Notes under the pieces: generated by a model
What the model was told of the DNA's origin: nothing
The model's input: the letters and a program-made list of their open reading frames with translations, nothing else
Database searches by the model: none
Program-made: the position numbers and the translations under genes
DNA from: the human T2T-CHM13v2.0 reference genome, Homo sapiens
Direction: 5' to 3' (one strand)
Assembly: GCF_009914755.1 (NCBI RefSeq)
Contig: NC_060928.1
DNA length: 64,000 nt
In this document: positions 16,461 through 30,149 of the stretch, piece after piece
Layout of the letters: each line of letters starts with the position of its first letter
Numbering within the stretch: position 1 is the first letter of the stretch

Positions 16461-17185
16461 ACGATTAGATTACCAACATATAGTTGACCGAAAGTGAAAA
16501 ACAATAAAAGAAACAGTGAAAAATTAGACAAAGCCATTTTGCTAATTATAAACCAAATTATCATGAACTGGCCACATTTTATATTCCAACAATACAGTAA
16601 AGAGATTCAGTCTACATTTATAAGTTTGAGAAGGTATTATGTCATAGTAGGGTTTATGGAAATGGGGCTATACAAAGAGAAAAATGAGTATCCCCAAGTT
16701 AGCAAGTAAATAAACATCATAAACAGCATAAAATGTTGTGCTTCCTTTTTCTCATTCATTCTTTATGGCATAAACCTAATTAAAACTTATATTCTTAACG
16801 TATAGTATAACTGTAAATGCCAATAATTTACTAGCATGTTTTTAACTGCATATTCTAGAAAGTAAAATTTTCATGTTTAAAATAAAATATTTAGTGAGTA
16901 GTTTTCTTACTAATGAGTAAAAATAATCACAGAATAATGTACTACTTGTATCTCTATTATTTTTGATAACATTAAACTCAATATCAGAGAAAAATAACAT
17001 TGTGAAATGATCCTTTAAATAGTACACTAAAGAAAAAATTGTTAATCCAGATGAATTGAAATTGAATCTGAAATTCTAAATAGTGTAATTATAATAGCAT
17101 TTTAATCCCATAAATGCTCAAGAAATTGTTCTTGGTGCTAAGTATACCAATTAGTTTATTCAGACAGCTGAATATGCTTCTTTCT

Positions 17186-17332
17186 GGGGTACCTCAGATG
17201 TTTCGATACAGACAGACATGCAATGCGAAATAAGCACATCATGAACATTGGGGTATCTATTCCCTCAAGCATTTATCCATTGAGTTCCAAAACATTCAAT
17301 TACACTCTTTATTTTAAAATGTAGTTATCATT
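17186..17332 (-). mobile_element. L1MA1-3 3' UTR fragment
   Basis: GGGGTATCTATTCCCTCAAGCATTTATCC diagnostic motif. Confidence 0.8.
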
Positions 17333-18417
17333 GCATAATGTAGTTCTGAGCAAAATAAATTAAGATGGCATGTGTCACATAAAATGCATTATCCGTGGAA
17401 AGTATTAATTAGTGTGTTTCTGAATATTACCTTTCCCAAATAAAAAATAATAGCACTTTTATTTAGAGATTTTGTTTCAGCAAACATTCAAAATTGCCAA
17501 GAAATTAATTTCAAATATATGTATTTTCTTCAAAATTTATGGTAGTGTGGAAAAATCGTTACCCAATTACTACTAATTAGTCAATGTTTTGGACTTCCTA
17601 GATTTATAATACCTCACCAAGAAATGAATTAAAAGTCTGAAAGAAAGAGCTTTAATTATATTAATCCAGGGGATGCAAGACACCATGACTGATCAAGGGA
17701 AGAATTTTGTTAGAAGAGATCATTGGTGCCCCTTGACTAATAGTACCTTGCATACATTGACATCAAGTGGGATTTAGAGGTGGATTAGAATGTGAATTAA
17801 ATGAATTCTTAAAGCTTTTCAAAAGATACTTAAATTAAGATCAAGTTTTTAGAACTCATTTCTTGTTTTGTTTCCTTTTATTTATTTTTTTCCGGAAGTG
17901 GGGGAAAATGGTTGTTTTCAATAAAATTAATGTGGTAGCCCCCAAGCAAAATATGTTCGTATTTGAACCCTAGCCAGTATCCCATAGTGAACAGTTATTC
18001 TTCCCACATTTTAAAAGTTTTATGAATGAGAGGGGAGGGAACATGGAGTGCCCCTCCTATTAAAATACTAATTTAAAATAATATACTGATTTTCTTCTTC
18101 CTCCTCAGTCTGGGGTAAACAGCCAGTTGTGGCTCTATTGTCTAGGGTCTTGTCTAAAGATGCCATGTTCTTAGGTTTATGTTCTTTTTTTAGTGAAAAA
18201 TATAATATATTTTAATTGCTGAAAGATGATCGTTCAGTGATAGCATTTTCTCATTCACCTCAATGACCTCTTACCAAGCTGCTTGTGATTGCCTTGATAT
18301 GATGCTGACAGCTACACAGTTACACTTATTTTCTATTTTATTCTATATCCTATAGTAAGGGCATAACAGATCTCCTGATTTTCTCTAGCTCATGTTGTGT
18401 ATCCTATATTAATGCTA

Positions 18418-18478
18418 GTATGTATGTATGTATGTATGTATGTATGTATGTATGTATCTATCTATCTATCGTCTATCC
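18418..18478. repeat. Compound (TATG)n(TATC)n microsatellite
   Basis: Directly visible. Confidence 0.95.
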
Positions 18479-18933
18479 GTAAATGATGTGCTCATCTTGA
18501 AATAGTAAGAAAGGGTAAGGTTTAGTTCACCCTTCCATATAGGTTTAAGTATCCAGAGAATAAAGGAAGTATTTCTCCATGACTTACTTCTCTCTGTCCA
18601 TTACCCTACCAGTCTTCAAACTGTTTTCCCCAGTTTGGTTAGATTATATGATGACCAATCTTATTAGCCCTTTTGGTTAATGGGTGCCTGAAATGCAAGG
18701 TGAGGTAGTCTTTGGGATGCACCTGTCTTCTTGCTCCCCATGCTCCCATTACCGCATTCTTCCCTGCCATTAATAGAAGCTATCCATAATTGGCCCCTTT
18801 TCTTTATTTAGCAACCAAGGAAACTGAATGAAAAGAGATGTGCATAATTAACAACCATACGTTTCTACATCTCTTGTCATTCTACATCTCTTGCCATTCC
18901 TAATACATATACAGTGTATGCACTTTTAAAACC

Positions 18934-19258
18934 ATAAGTGAGAGTTAAGCTATGAGGATGCAAAGGCATAAGAATGATACAATGGACTTTGGAAACTTTC
19001 TGGAATTGGGGAAAAGCCTCCAGCTTTGTTCTTTTGCTTAGGATTGTCTTGGCTATGCAGGTTCTTTTTAGGTTTCATATGAAATTTAAAGGGTGGGAGG
19101 CGGGTGAGGGATAAAACACTATAAATTGGGTATGGTGTATACTGCTCAGGTGATGTGTCCAACAAAATCTCACAAATCACCACTAAAGAAATTACTCATG
19201 TAACCAAACACCATCTGTTTCCCATAAATCTATGGAAATAAAAATAAAAAATAAAAAA
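18934..19258 (+). mobile_element. L1PB1-like 3' end carrying an antisense L1 ORF2 patch
   Basis: AAGCTATGAGGATGCAAAGGCATAAGAATGATACAATGGACTTTGG...AAATCTCACAAATCACCACTAAAGAA plus A tail. Confidence 0.88.
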
Positions 19259-19444
19259 GGGTCAAAATGTTAGTAACTTCAGGCTAATAAAACATGAGGA
19301 TAAGCATTGTATTGCAGCTTAAGCCTTAAAGGAGGTCTAGTACACATATTTATCTCATTCATACTTTTCTCCTTATTTCTGCCTGAAATTTGAAATTAGA
19401 CCATCACATTTTCATAGCAGCTTGCATCAAATGAGAGATTAGTG

Positions 19445-19676
19445 TGGTGGAAAGGTCCAGTCCTTGGGGCCACCTCCGGGCAACTCTGCAAGGACATCAG
19501 AGCTCCAGAGCTCCCCACAGTCTGGTGACCTTGTTATCACAGCACTACAGCCTCTGTGCAATGTTGCTTCCTCCTCTTCCCACTAAAGCATAGATCTCAA
19601 GAGTAATTCCTAATAAATTTATTGCACAGTAATCTTCAGCTTCAGGTTGATGTCAAGAAAACCTGACTGTCAAGAG
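19445..19676 (+). mobile_element. LTR16-like ERVL LTR 3' part
   Basis: AGAGCTCCAGAGCTCCCC...CCTAATAAA..TGCAC...AATCTTCAGCTTCAGG...AACCTGACT. Confidence 0.6.
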
Positions 19677-20199
19677 GGTAACTTTCAGTGTAATTTCACC
19701 CTCAGACTCAAGAAAAGGGACCAGAGTCACAAGGGACTTCATGCAGTAGAAATGTCATAGCAGCCCTGGAAGAATAAAATACATATTGTTTATTTCTTTG
19801 TTATGATAACACTCTATTACTCAGAAGCAATCTGAGTAATAACAATGAATAATCATTTCAGAGATAGTTTTTAAATACAGATATAAGAGCTAACATTTCT
19901 AATTTACATAACACCATGTTTGAGTATATAAATTTTTAAATAAAAGTTCTCTTTTCATATCATTATATCTCTTTCTACATCATTGTACATTGAATGTTTG
20001 TTAGAATATTGATTGTAATATTTATCATGTCTAATTTTATAATAAATTTGAATAGAAATTTGTTTATCTAGACTCATATGCATCATTTAGTTATAAACAT
20101 GAAATAAATATACCTATGAATATTTAATTATTAATACAATTAGAAAAGATGAAATAACTTGGATTTTAAACCGGAAGTGAAATGTAAAGATTTTGAGCT

Positions 20200-20345
20200 G
20201 TAGTTTCAACTAACTTAACTTTAAAATATGGCTCTGCCACTTATGAACGGAGTGACCCCTGGTATGCTACTAAAAGTAAAACCTTTCATTTATTTGCCTC
20301 TAAAATAAGTAAAATAGTTACATCCTATTAAAAAATGTGTACAGC
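20200..20345 (+). mobile_element. MIR fragment
   Basis: GGCTCTGCCACTTA..GTGACC core. Confidence 0.55.
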
Positions 20346-20971
20346 CATACATACATTCATATGTATATATGAACATATGCACTCAGATACATGTATATAT
20401 TCTCACATGAATCTATGCTTGTATATTCATCAGAGTCTTGTGAATATATAGCCTACCAAATAATTCAAGAAGAGGGCTGGAGGAATGTACAAGCACTCAC
20501 AGTTTTGTTTTTTCCTTTAAGTGGGGTTCTATATAAAATAAATACTCACTGAAGTTCTAATATTTCCATGTGTGCAGGAATTAATCTATCACCATTTCAT
20601 CTACAGTGGTGTAGACATATACCATCTTAGGGAGAAATAAGAAAATAATCACTCGCTACACTCTGAGCTTATTGAGTTAGATGAGGAAGTCTGTAAAAAG
20701 ACTAGACAATATGAAAGGGATGCTACCATTATATTTTATACCATTTGATACTGCTTATTTTTTTTAACACATAGACATTTATATTTGACCATCATTATTT
20801 TATCATCTGAATGCTATGTTTTGTGGATGAAGAAGTAGTCTCATATTCAGAAAACAGCTCATACAACCCACAGATATCCGCTAACAGATGGCCCTACATG
20901 GCTGAATAACTGTTATGGGGTCCACTTTAGCAATTTCTTGCCTCCAAAATCAATTGGATCATGAATATAAG

Positions 20972-23860
20972 GCAGTTATTTGTCAAAGATCAGTTACTAC
21001 AGTTGTATGGGTCTTTTTCTGGGTTCTCTATTTTGTTCTACCCATCTTTCTGTCTATTCTTTTGCCAAAACTACTTTGGATCACTGTAGACTTATTTTAA
21101 GTCTTGAATTCAGGTAGTATAAGAAGTCCTCCAACTTTTTTCTTTACTTTAAATATTAGGTTGTTTATTCTAGATTCTGTGACTTACCATATAAAGCTAA
21201 GAATAAGTTTGTTGATAACTTGAAACTATGTAACTCCAATCTTTGCTTTCATGTTCACATGTCTTCTTTATTTCTGTCCTCTTCAAGGACATGTATGATT
21301 TGACTTAGCCCCCACCAATCCAGAATGATCTAATCTCTAGATCATTAATATAATTACATCTATCCTTTTTATGGTAACTAAAATACCCCTTTTCCAGACA
21401 ACATTATTTTCACAAATTTGGGGAACAATATCTTATTTTGGTAGGCCACCATTCAATTCACTACAGGAATCACTTCCTCTACTTCTATTTTGTGCAGAAG
21501 ATTATGGAGAACTGGTCTCCTTTTCTCCTTTAATTTTTGGTAGACTTCATCAGTGAAATCACCTGGAACTGGTACTTTGGGTTTTGGAAAGTTATTAAAT
21601 ATTAACTCAGTATCTTTGATAGATACAAATATGTACAGTTTATTTTCCTTGTGTCTTTAAGAAATTGATCCATTTCACCTACATTTTCAAGTTTATAAGT
21701 ATGAAGTTGTTCATTATACTCATTTATTATACTTTTATTATTTATGGGATCAGTAATGATAACCCCTCTTTCATTTCTGCTGTTGGGAAGTTGCATCTTC
21801 TCTTTTCTCTTAGACTTGCTGAAATGTTCAATTTTATGTACCTTTTCAAATTAGCTTTTGGCTTCATTTATTTTTCTCTCTTTGTTTCCAGTTTCATTAA
21901 TTTCTTCCCTACCTTTTATTCGTTATTTTCCTCTTCTAGTTTCAGCTAATGTTGTTCTTCTCTCACTAGTTTGCTAAGGCAGTAGTTTATAGTAATGATT
22001 TTTAGGTCTTTCTTATTTTCTAATATACACTTTTAGAGCTATAAATTTGCCTCTAAGCATTGCTCTTGCTGCATACCACACATTTTGGTAAGATACATTA
22101 TCATTTTTATTTAGCTCAAAATAAGTTATTATTTATATTGTGACTTCTTCTTTGTCCAGTGTGTTAATTATAGGTCTATTAATTAGTTCCCTCCAGATTT
22201 GCAGAATTTTCCAGCTATCTTCCCATTGCTGATTTCTTATTTAATTCATTGCAGTTTGAAAATATATTTTGTAAAATTTCAATTCTTTTAAATTTGTTAA
22301 GGTGTGTTTAATGGCCTATGAAGGAAGTGTTTCATCTTTGTGAATGTTCTACGTGAGTTTGAAAATACATATATTCTGCTATTATTTGGACTATTCTACA
22401 AATCTAATCAGATTAAGTTGATTATTAGGACTGTTTGGGTCGGGTCAATTATATCTACAAACTTTCTACCTATTTTGATCTATTAATTACTGAAAGAGCA
22501 GTGTTGTCTGTTTCTCTTTGCAGTCCCATTTATTTTTATTTCGTGCATCTTGATGTTCTGTTGTTAAGTGCATATACATCAAGGATTTTATGTTCTCTTG
22601 GGTAATTGACCTCCATATCATTATCTAAAGCCAGTCTTTACCGCTAATAAATTTTGTCATTCTGAAGTCTGCTTTGATTAAAATTAATATATCTACCCTA
22701 TCTTTCTTTGGATTATGCTACTGGAGTAACTGGAGCTTTTTTTTTTTTTTTTGGATTGGTGTAAAGATATATATATATATATATATATATAATTTCTTTA
22801 CTTTTACTTCTTTACTTTTAACCTGAGTATTTCTGTATAAAATGGTTTTCTTATACACAATGCATAGTTGAATTTTTAAAAGAAAATCTCTAAAAATCCG
22901 CGTTAATTGCTGAATATAGAAATTCACATCTATATTATTACAAATAGAATCGAATTAGAGTCTATCATATTTTTAAAGGTTTCTACTTATTGTATTTTTC
23001 TTTAATTCTTCCTTTTTTGTCTTCTCCAGTGTTAATCGAGCATTTTATAAGATTTTATTTCTTCCATTAGTTTATAAATTGTGCTTTTAAAAATATGTTT
23101 TAGTGGTTCTCCTGGAGTTGCAATACACATTTTTCTACTCTAAAATAACCTTCAATATTTCACAGATATTGAAGTTACCTTATAAAAGTGTATTTCCAAT
23201 TATTCCCTTCCATCCCACATACCATTATTGTCATTCACTCCACTCATGTGTATGCTTACAATCATCCAGTATTTGTTGCTATTATTATTAATTTACATAA
23301 GGAGTTGTAGTTTAGATCAACAAACAATTAAAAAAATATATTTCATTTTATTCTCCTTTATTTCTTCCGTGATGCTTTTCCTTTCTTTATTTACATCTGA
23401 TTCTCCTACGTACAAAATTTTCTTCATCCCTGAAGAACACTTTTCTCTTTCAACATTTCTTGCAGAGAAGAATCTGCTGGCAAATAATTTCCTAAGTTTT
23501 TGTTTGTCCTTGATAGTCTTTATTTCTTCGTCACTTTATAAATACATATCACTGGATGGAGAATTCCAGGTTAGTATTTTTATTCTTCATTTTAAATAAT
23601 TCATTTCATTCTCTGATTGTTTGCATTGTTTCAGACAAGAAGTCCACTGTTATTTTTATCCTTCGTTCTTCTGTAAACTAAGGCATTTTTTCCCCTCTGA
23701 TTTTCTTTTTGTCTTTGGTTTTCTATAATTGACTATGAGATCCTTAAGTGTGAATTTTTTCATTACTTATCTTGATTAGTGTTCTTTCATCTTAGATTTA
23801 TGGTATCAAATGCCATTAATTGTAAAAAAAATTGAAATTTTCATTGCTTAGACATTTGCT
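20972..23860 (-). mobile_element. Old L1M ORF2 remnants, interrupted by an MLT1 piece and T/(TA)n runs
   Basis: Antisense ORF2 remnant translates RNERGVIITDP..IINEYNEQLHTYKLENVGEMDQFL; typical T-rich antisense L1M text throughout. Confidence 0.8.
21232..21465 (-). mobile_element. MLT1B/C-like LTR fragment
   Basis: AATCCAGAATGATCTAATCTCTAGATC..AATTACATCT...ACCATTCAATTCACTACA terminus. Confidence 0.65.
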
Positions 23861-24109
23861 ACTTTTTGTAGCATACCTAAAAATGTATGACTTGTATGTC
23901 ATTGTCATTATTCTTAATGAAGCATCCTTTCACCTGGACGACTATTTTCCAATGACTATAAGGAGCGAAAATTAAATCTAGTCCAGTTAAATGTATATTT
24001 TTTACCAGTTAATTTAAAAGACGCTGCTTTATATTAGTCTATCATAAAAATAGTACAAAGGTCTAAAAATGAAAAAATGAGTTTCTATGTGTTTATTCTG
24101 TAAATAAAG

Positions 24110-24200
24110 TATCTGGGAAGATATGGGAAAACTCAGTATTTTATGGTTGGTTTTGCTGTGATTCCTTAAACTACTCTAAAAATAAAGTCTATTAAAGAGA
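24110..24200 (+). mobile_element. L1MC-like extreme 3' end
   Basis: ATATGGGAAAACTC...TTTTGCTGTGA...ACTACTCTAAAAATAAAGTCTATT. Confidence 0.6.
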
Positions 24201-24520
24201 AATAAAATATCTGATTTCTAGAATAGCTAAATATTTAAAATGTTTATGCCAGCATACCGTTTGGAAAACTCCAAAACATATTTACAAGGCCATATATGCA
24301 TGTAAATTGCATTGGCAAACTGCTACACGTTCCCAAAGATAAATAATTCAAGCCTATAGAAATGTATACATTACATTTAGACAAGTCTTAAGTTTCTGAT
24401 GTAATTGTGTGTGTGTGCATTTTTTTTTAAATTGGAAAGATATACTTTTAATCTCTTCAGTATATTAATTAACTTTAAAAACAAGTTATATTATATGTAG
24501 AATTATTTTTAGGTTTTACA

Positions 24521-26035
24521 ATTTTTTTATTTATAAGTTCCAGGATACGTGTGCAAAATGTGCAGGTTTCTTACATAGGTATACACATGCCATGGTAGAT
24601 TGCTGCATCCATCATCCCGTCATCTACATTAGGTATTTCTCTTAATGCTATTCCTTCTCTAGCCTCCCACCCACCGACAGGCCCCGGTGTGTAATGTTCC
24701 CCTCCCTGTGTCCATGAGTTCTCACTGTTCAACTCCTACTTATGGGTGAGAACACGTGGTGTTTGGTTTTCTGTTCTTGTGTTAGTTTGCTGAGAATAAT
24801 GGTTTCCAGCTTCATCCATGTCCCTGCAAAGGACATGAACTCATCCTTTTGTTATGGTTGCATAGTATTCCATAGTGTATACATGACACATTTTCTTTAT
24901 CCAGTCTATCACTGATGGGCATTTGGGTTGGTTCTCAGTCTTTGCTATTGTGAACCGTGCCGCAATAAACATAAGTGTGCATGTGTCTGTATAGTAGAAT
25001 GATTTATATTCCTTTGGATACCCAGTAATGGGATTGCTGGGTCAAATGGTATTTCTAGTTATAGCTCCTTGAGGAATCACCACACTGTCTTCCACAATGG
25101 TTGAACTAATTTACCCTCCCACCAACAGCGTAAAAGCTTTCCTATTTCTCCACATCCTCTCCAGTATCTGTTGTTTCCTGACTTTTTAATGATTGTCATT
25201 CTAACTGGCATGAGATGGTATCTCATTGTGGTTTTGGTTTGCATTTCTCTAATGACCAGTGATGATGAGCATTTTTCATATGTCTGTTGGCTGCATAAAT
25301 GCCTTCTTTTGAAAAGTGTCTGCTCATATTGTTTGCCCACTTTTTGATGGGGTTTTTTTTCTTGTAAATTTATTTAAGTTCCTGGTAGATTCTGTATATT
25401 AGCCCTTTGTCAGATGGATACATTTTAAAAATTTTCTCCCATTCCGTAGGTTGCCTGTTCACTCTGATGATAGTTTCTTTTGCTGTGCAGAAGCTCCTTA
25501 GTTTAATTAAATTCCCTTTGTCTATTTTGGATTTTGTTGCCATTGCTTTTGGCATTTTAGTCATGAAGTATTTTCCCATGCCTATGTCCTGAATGGTATT
25601 TCCTAGGTTTTCTTGTAAGGTTTTTATGGTTTTAGGTCCTACTTTTGAGTCTTTAACCCATCTTGAGTTAATTTTTGTATAAGGTGTTAGGAAGGGATCC
25701 CATTTCAGCTTCCTGCATATGGCTAGCCAGTTTTTCCAACACCATTTATTAAATAGGGAATCCTTTTCACATTGCTTGTTTTTGTCAGATTTGTCAAAGA
25801 TTAGATGGTTGTAGATGTGTGGTGTTATGTTTGAGGCCTCTCTTCTGTTCCATTGGTCTATATATCTGTTTTGGTACCAGTAGCATGCTGTTTCGGTTAC
25901 TGTAGCCTTGTAGTATAGCTTGAAGTCCGGTAGTGTGATGCCTCCAGGTTTGTTCTTTTGCTTAGGATTGTCTCGGTTATGCGGGCTCTTTTTAGGTTCC
26001 TTATGAAATTTAAAGAAGTTTTTTTTTTTTTTTTT
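24521..26035 (-). mobile_element. 5'-truncated L1PA7-like element (~1.5 kb: ORF2 C-terminus plus 3' UTR)
   Basis: ORF 25370-26041 gives [16 protein letters not shown]...[14 protein letters not shown]; ORF 25077-25340 gives [16 protein letters not shown]; L1PA7-type 3' UTR. Confidence 0.95.
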
Positions 26036-27177
26036 GCCCATGCATGAAACTACAGGACAGTCTTAAATGCAAATAAGCAAAAATAACCTACTTGAGTACT
26101 TCATTCAATGCTGTTTCTAGTAGTGTTTATTACCTATTATTATTCTGTTAGATTAAATAAATTAAAATGTGTGTATAAGGCCTTGCATCTCCATAAACTT
26201 GGTAAGAAATAAACACTACTTTGCAGTTTGGAATGAAGAATGGGTCTTATCTGAACAAAACAAAATAATAAATTTTAGTGAATTCTACTTACAAACATGT
26301 GCTTTGCAAGTTTGTTGAGCGAAAATCCATTACTTAATTGTTGCATACATGTACAAAAGGAATATAGTCTTTTTTCTTCTCGATCTTTTTTACATAAGCT
26401 TCCAAGATGCTCTGCATAACAGTATTTCCATTGTAGTTAAATGCACAAGTTAAATGTGCATTGATAACCTATAGGTGAACATAGGATCATATTCAGATGG
26501 TATCATATTTCTAGCTTATGAGAACAGTGTGGCATGTGAACATTTGCCTTATATAAACTCCTAGGTTTATAATTTTAGGTTTCCTTCCCTATGGTTTTAC
26601 TACTGTAAAAGCAGGGTGATATCTGGTTATCATTGCATCACATAAGAAGACAACAGATCTGAGTTTAGGGTACCAATGTGGGTCTTGATGCAAGTAATAA
26701 TACCTCTGGTCTCTGCTCCACAGACTTCAGATACAATGAATAAATATAGATATTAAATACTTCTTATATTACTAGTTACAGTGGCTTTTGAAGCAATGCT
26801 ATGATGTAAACATGAGTGTGGTCGCTTTTTATTTCCCCCAGTGAATCTACCCACCTCCCAGCATCTGCCACCATACCATAGATAAAGACATGTGACCTGC
26901 CTGCTGGAGCTGGCTTGCTCTTTATTTCATAGACTAACTCTGACTATAGAAAGAGACTGAAGAGGAGCTCTTTCATATATATATATATGTTAAGTATCTT
27001 TTAAAATGTATACCCTAGTTCTGATAACTGGACTTGTTGACTGCTTAAATGCTATAAATGACCAATTTCTAAGTAGTCTTAGGATCTAATATGCTGTAAT
27101 GATGCCTAATTTTTTCTTCAGAAAATTTACTGAATTTTAATATTTGCTTCAGTAACAAATTAAACAGGATGTATCTG

Positions 27178-27179
<2 letters not shown>

Positions 27180-27225
<46 letters not shown>

Positions 27226-27255
27226 TCTCCCACCTTCATTTCTCTCTTTCTTTCT
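27180..27255. repeat. (CT)n microsatellite
   Basis: Directly visible. Confidence 0.95.
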
Positions 27256-27451
27256 TAACTGTTCTACTATACAAAGCCTTTATTTTGGTCCAGGTTTTTT
27301 CACCGTTAAAGTGATAAGTTGTCCTGGATAATAATACATGAATAACAGAAACACTTCTATTCTATCCATGAGACACAAAGGAAAAGCGTTCTAGAATCCC
27401 ATCATAATAATTTCTGTAGAAAGAAGAGTATTTGAAATTTATTCTCATTAG

Positions 27452-27648
<197 letters not shown>

Positions 27649-28639
27649 GTAAAGAAGAGGTTGATATTCATCATCTCAGAAATTCAGGCACTTTAAAAAA
27701 TATTAGAATTTTCAGAAATCCTACTTTCAATATTATAAGGAGGGATTTTGAGATTATTTTTCCTAGACATTTTTATTTAATGTTCAAGGTTATCACTTGC
27801 TTCCTGAAAACATTCAGAAAACATTACAAGTTGTTATTAGAGTTATTTTCATGTACCTTCAGTTATTAGTTTTGTTGGTAATAACAATATCATTTAACTT
27901 TTAACTTATTTTATAATTTTTTAAATATCTTCCAATTTTTGTGGAGTTTTTGTTCTTTTCAAAAATATTTATCTAATTATTTTGCATAATTCAAATCTAA
28001 GATATTTACATTCTCCCAACATCACTTATATGTTTTTGAAGAAATAACTGCATAGGTTTAAATGTATGTATGTTAAATATTCAATATTTGTAACAGCTTT
28101 CTTAAAATTTTCTTGAATTTTTCTAAATTTTCTCTTGACTAATTATGTTTTGTTCTGTGTATATGACTGTTCACTGTAATTCACAGACTACACGTTCCTC
28201 TTGTGTTTGTAGTATAAAAAAACTTCACAACAGTTGATAGAGTATCTTGTGCCAGTCTACTCAATAGGCCTGAATCAAGCTTTTGAATGGCGGGAATTAT
28301 TCTTCTGTTATCCCTGAGTCTGTCAGAACAATGCTTAGTGACTCCTTAAGTTACTTTATGATTTTTCATTAGATGTTATGCCTCTCTCCTGGTATTATGT
28401 GAGATGGAAATGTATGAGGTTGAAAAAAACTAAATAAAAATTAAAACCTGTACACTAAGAAAATAATAAAGATTTGATTATATACTTACTGAGAAAGTTA
28501 AATGAAGAATTGTCTCAGTGATATGTATGTATTACTACATAAGGGTATGTCAATCTGAAAATATCATTCAAAATGTATTGCATGTATGTCATCCATATTA
28601 ACCTAAAATTATGTATAAGTTGTTTTTTCATGTTTTTAA

Positions 28640-28885
28640 TAAACTTATTGAAATATACATATACAATGTGAAATGATTACCAAAATCGAGCTAGCTAGCA
28701 CGTGCATCATTTCACATAAATACCTATTTTTTTGTGAGAACACTTAAGATCTACTCTTTTAGCAAATTTTGTGTACAGAGTGCAGTATTATTAATTACAG
28801 TCACCATGCTGCATATTAGATCTCTAGAACAGTAGATCTTTAGAACCCTAGAACATAATTGTACTCTTTGACTACTATTATCTCT
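28640..28885 (-). mobile_element. L1MA8/9-like 3' end
   Basis: GTGAGAACACTTAAGATCTACTCTTTTAGCAAATTT...AGTCACCATGCTG..ATTAGATCTCTAGAAC. Confidence 0.8.
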
Positions 28886-29230
28886 TGAAGCTAACATTGC
28901 AATTAACTTAGCCATTGCTTAATTTAGAGTGTTAAATCTAATTTTTAGTCAAATAAAAATACATTGCCTAAGTAGAATGGGTTCAATGTAATAGCAGTGA
29001 TTATTATTAGAAATATGCTGAGAACAGATACATTTTATAACTGGTTATAATCCACTTTTCTTATTCAACATTCCTGTATGTTTTGCACTAGTACATGCAC
29101 TGGCTAAAGAATTTTGAATAACCTCTTTAGATAAAGCTCTGTGCTTTTATCTTTAACAATATATATTCATAATATCTCACACTCTTCTACTCTTGCAAAG
29201 TTTAGAATTCAACCTTTTTAGCATGTACTC

Positions 29231-29263
29231 TTCTTATATTCTTATATTCTTATATTCTTATAT
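29231..29263. repeat. (TTCTTATA)4 tandem repeat
   Basis: Directly visible. Confidence 0.85.
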
Positions 29264-29549
29264 TTTTCCCTGATCTCCTTATCTACTGGTAATTGATTTT
29301 CAATAGGTAATTTTTAGGGAGATGAACATTTTCTCAGATATAAACACATACTTAGATTTCTTGTTAGGTGAATTATATTTCATTAATTTATTATTTAATT
29401 AAAATTGTGTGTTTGCCTTTATTTGTGCCCGTGCACTTGATCTTTACACAGATTTGTAACAAGCATTACTATAGGACTTCATTTCTCAAGGACACTTGTA
29501 GAAATAAAAGTTATTCAATGTTTTTATGCTTGGTAATAAATACAAGAGG

Positions 29550-29705
29550 TAGGACTCTGATCAGGAAAACTGGATTTCTGACAGTTCTAATTGCTGTCCT
29601 ATGCTGGGGTATGATTAGGTCACCTAAACTCACCAAATTTGATTTTTCATTTGTAAAATTAAGACACTCGGATAGTTTCTTTCAGTCCCTTTTTTGAGCT
29701 GAACT
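29550..29705 (+). mobile_element. MIR fragment
   Basis: GTCACCTAAACTC...TTTTTCATTTGTAAAAT core. Confidence 0.55.
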
Positions 29706-30149
29706 GTGAAAGGTAACTTTATAATTCTTATACAATATATAATTTTTATTTTTTGATCATATTACTAATTATTAATTTGTTAATTCTGATAGCATTTATA
29801 TTAAACTTGTATTACATCTACTAACTTTTTTATGTTTCATGAACCTTGTAAGCAGTTTACTTCATTGAATTTAATCTTGAATACACTTAATGAAAGTGAG
29901 ATCATTTTTAATTCATATTACATATATAAAACTAAACCTTATTAAACAGCATGAGACAAGACATAAACCAATAGAAATACAGACAATGTTTCAGGGAAAA
30001 AAATCTAACAATGAAAAAATCAATATTTGCAAAATATAATATATAAATGTACTATGTTTTCAATCAGAACTCATAATTTAACTGAAAATATTTATATGAG
30101 GATTAAATTAATTAATTAACATTATATAAAGTTTCATAAAGAAGACATG

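Noticed and set aside
25370-26041. Longest ORF (223 aa)
   Set aside because: L1 ORF2 C-terminal fragment with a fortuitous ATG and poly-K start from flanking DNA; not a gene.
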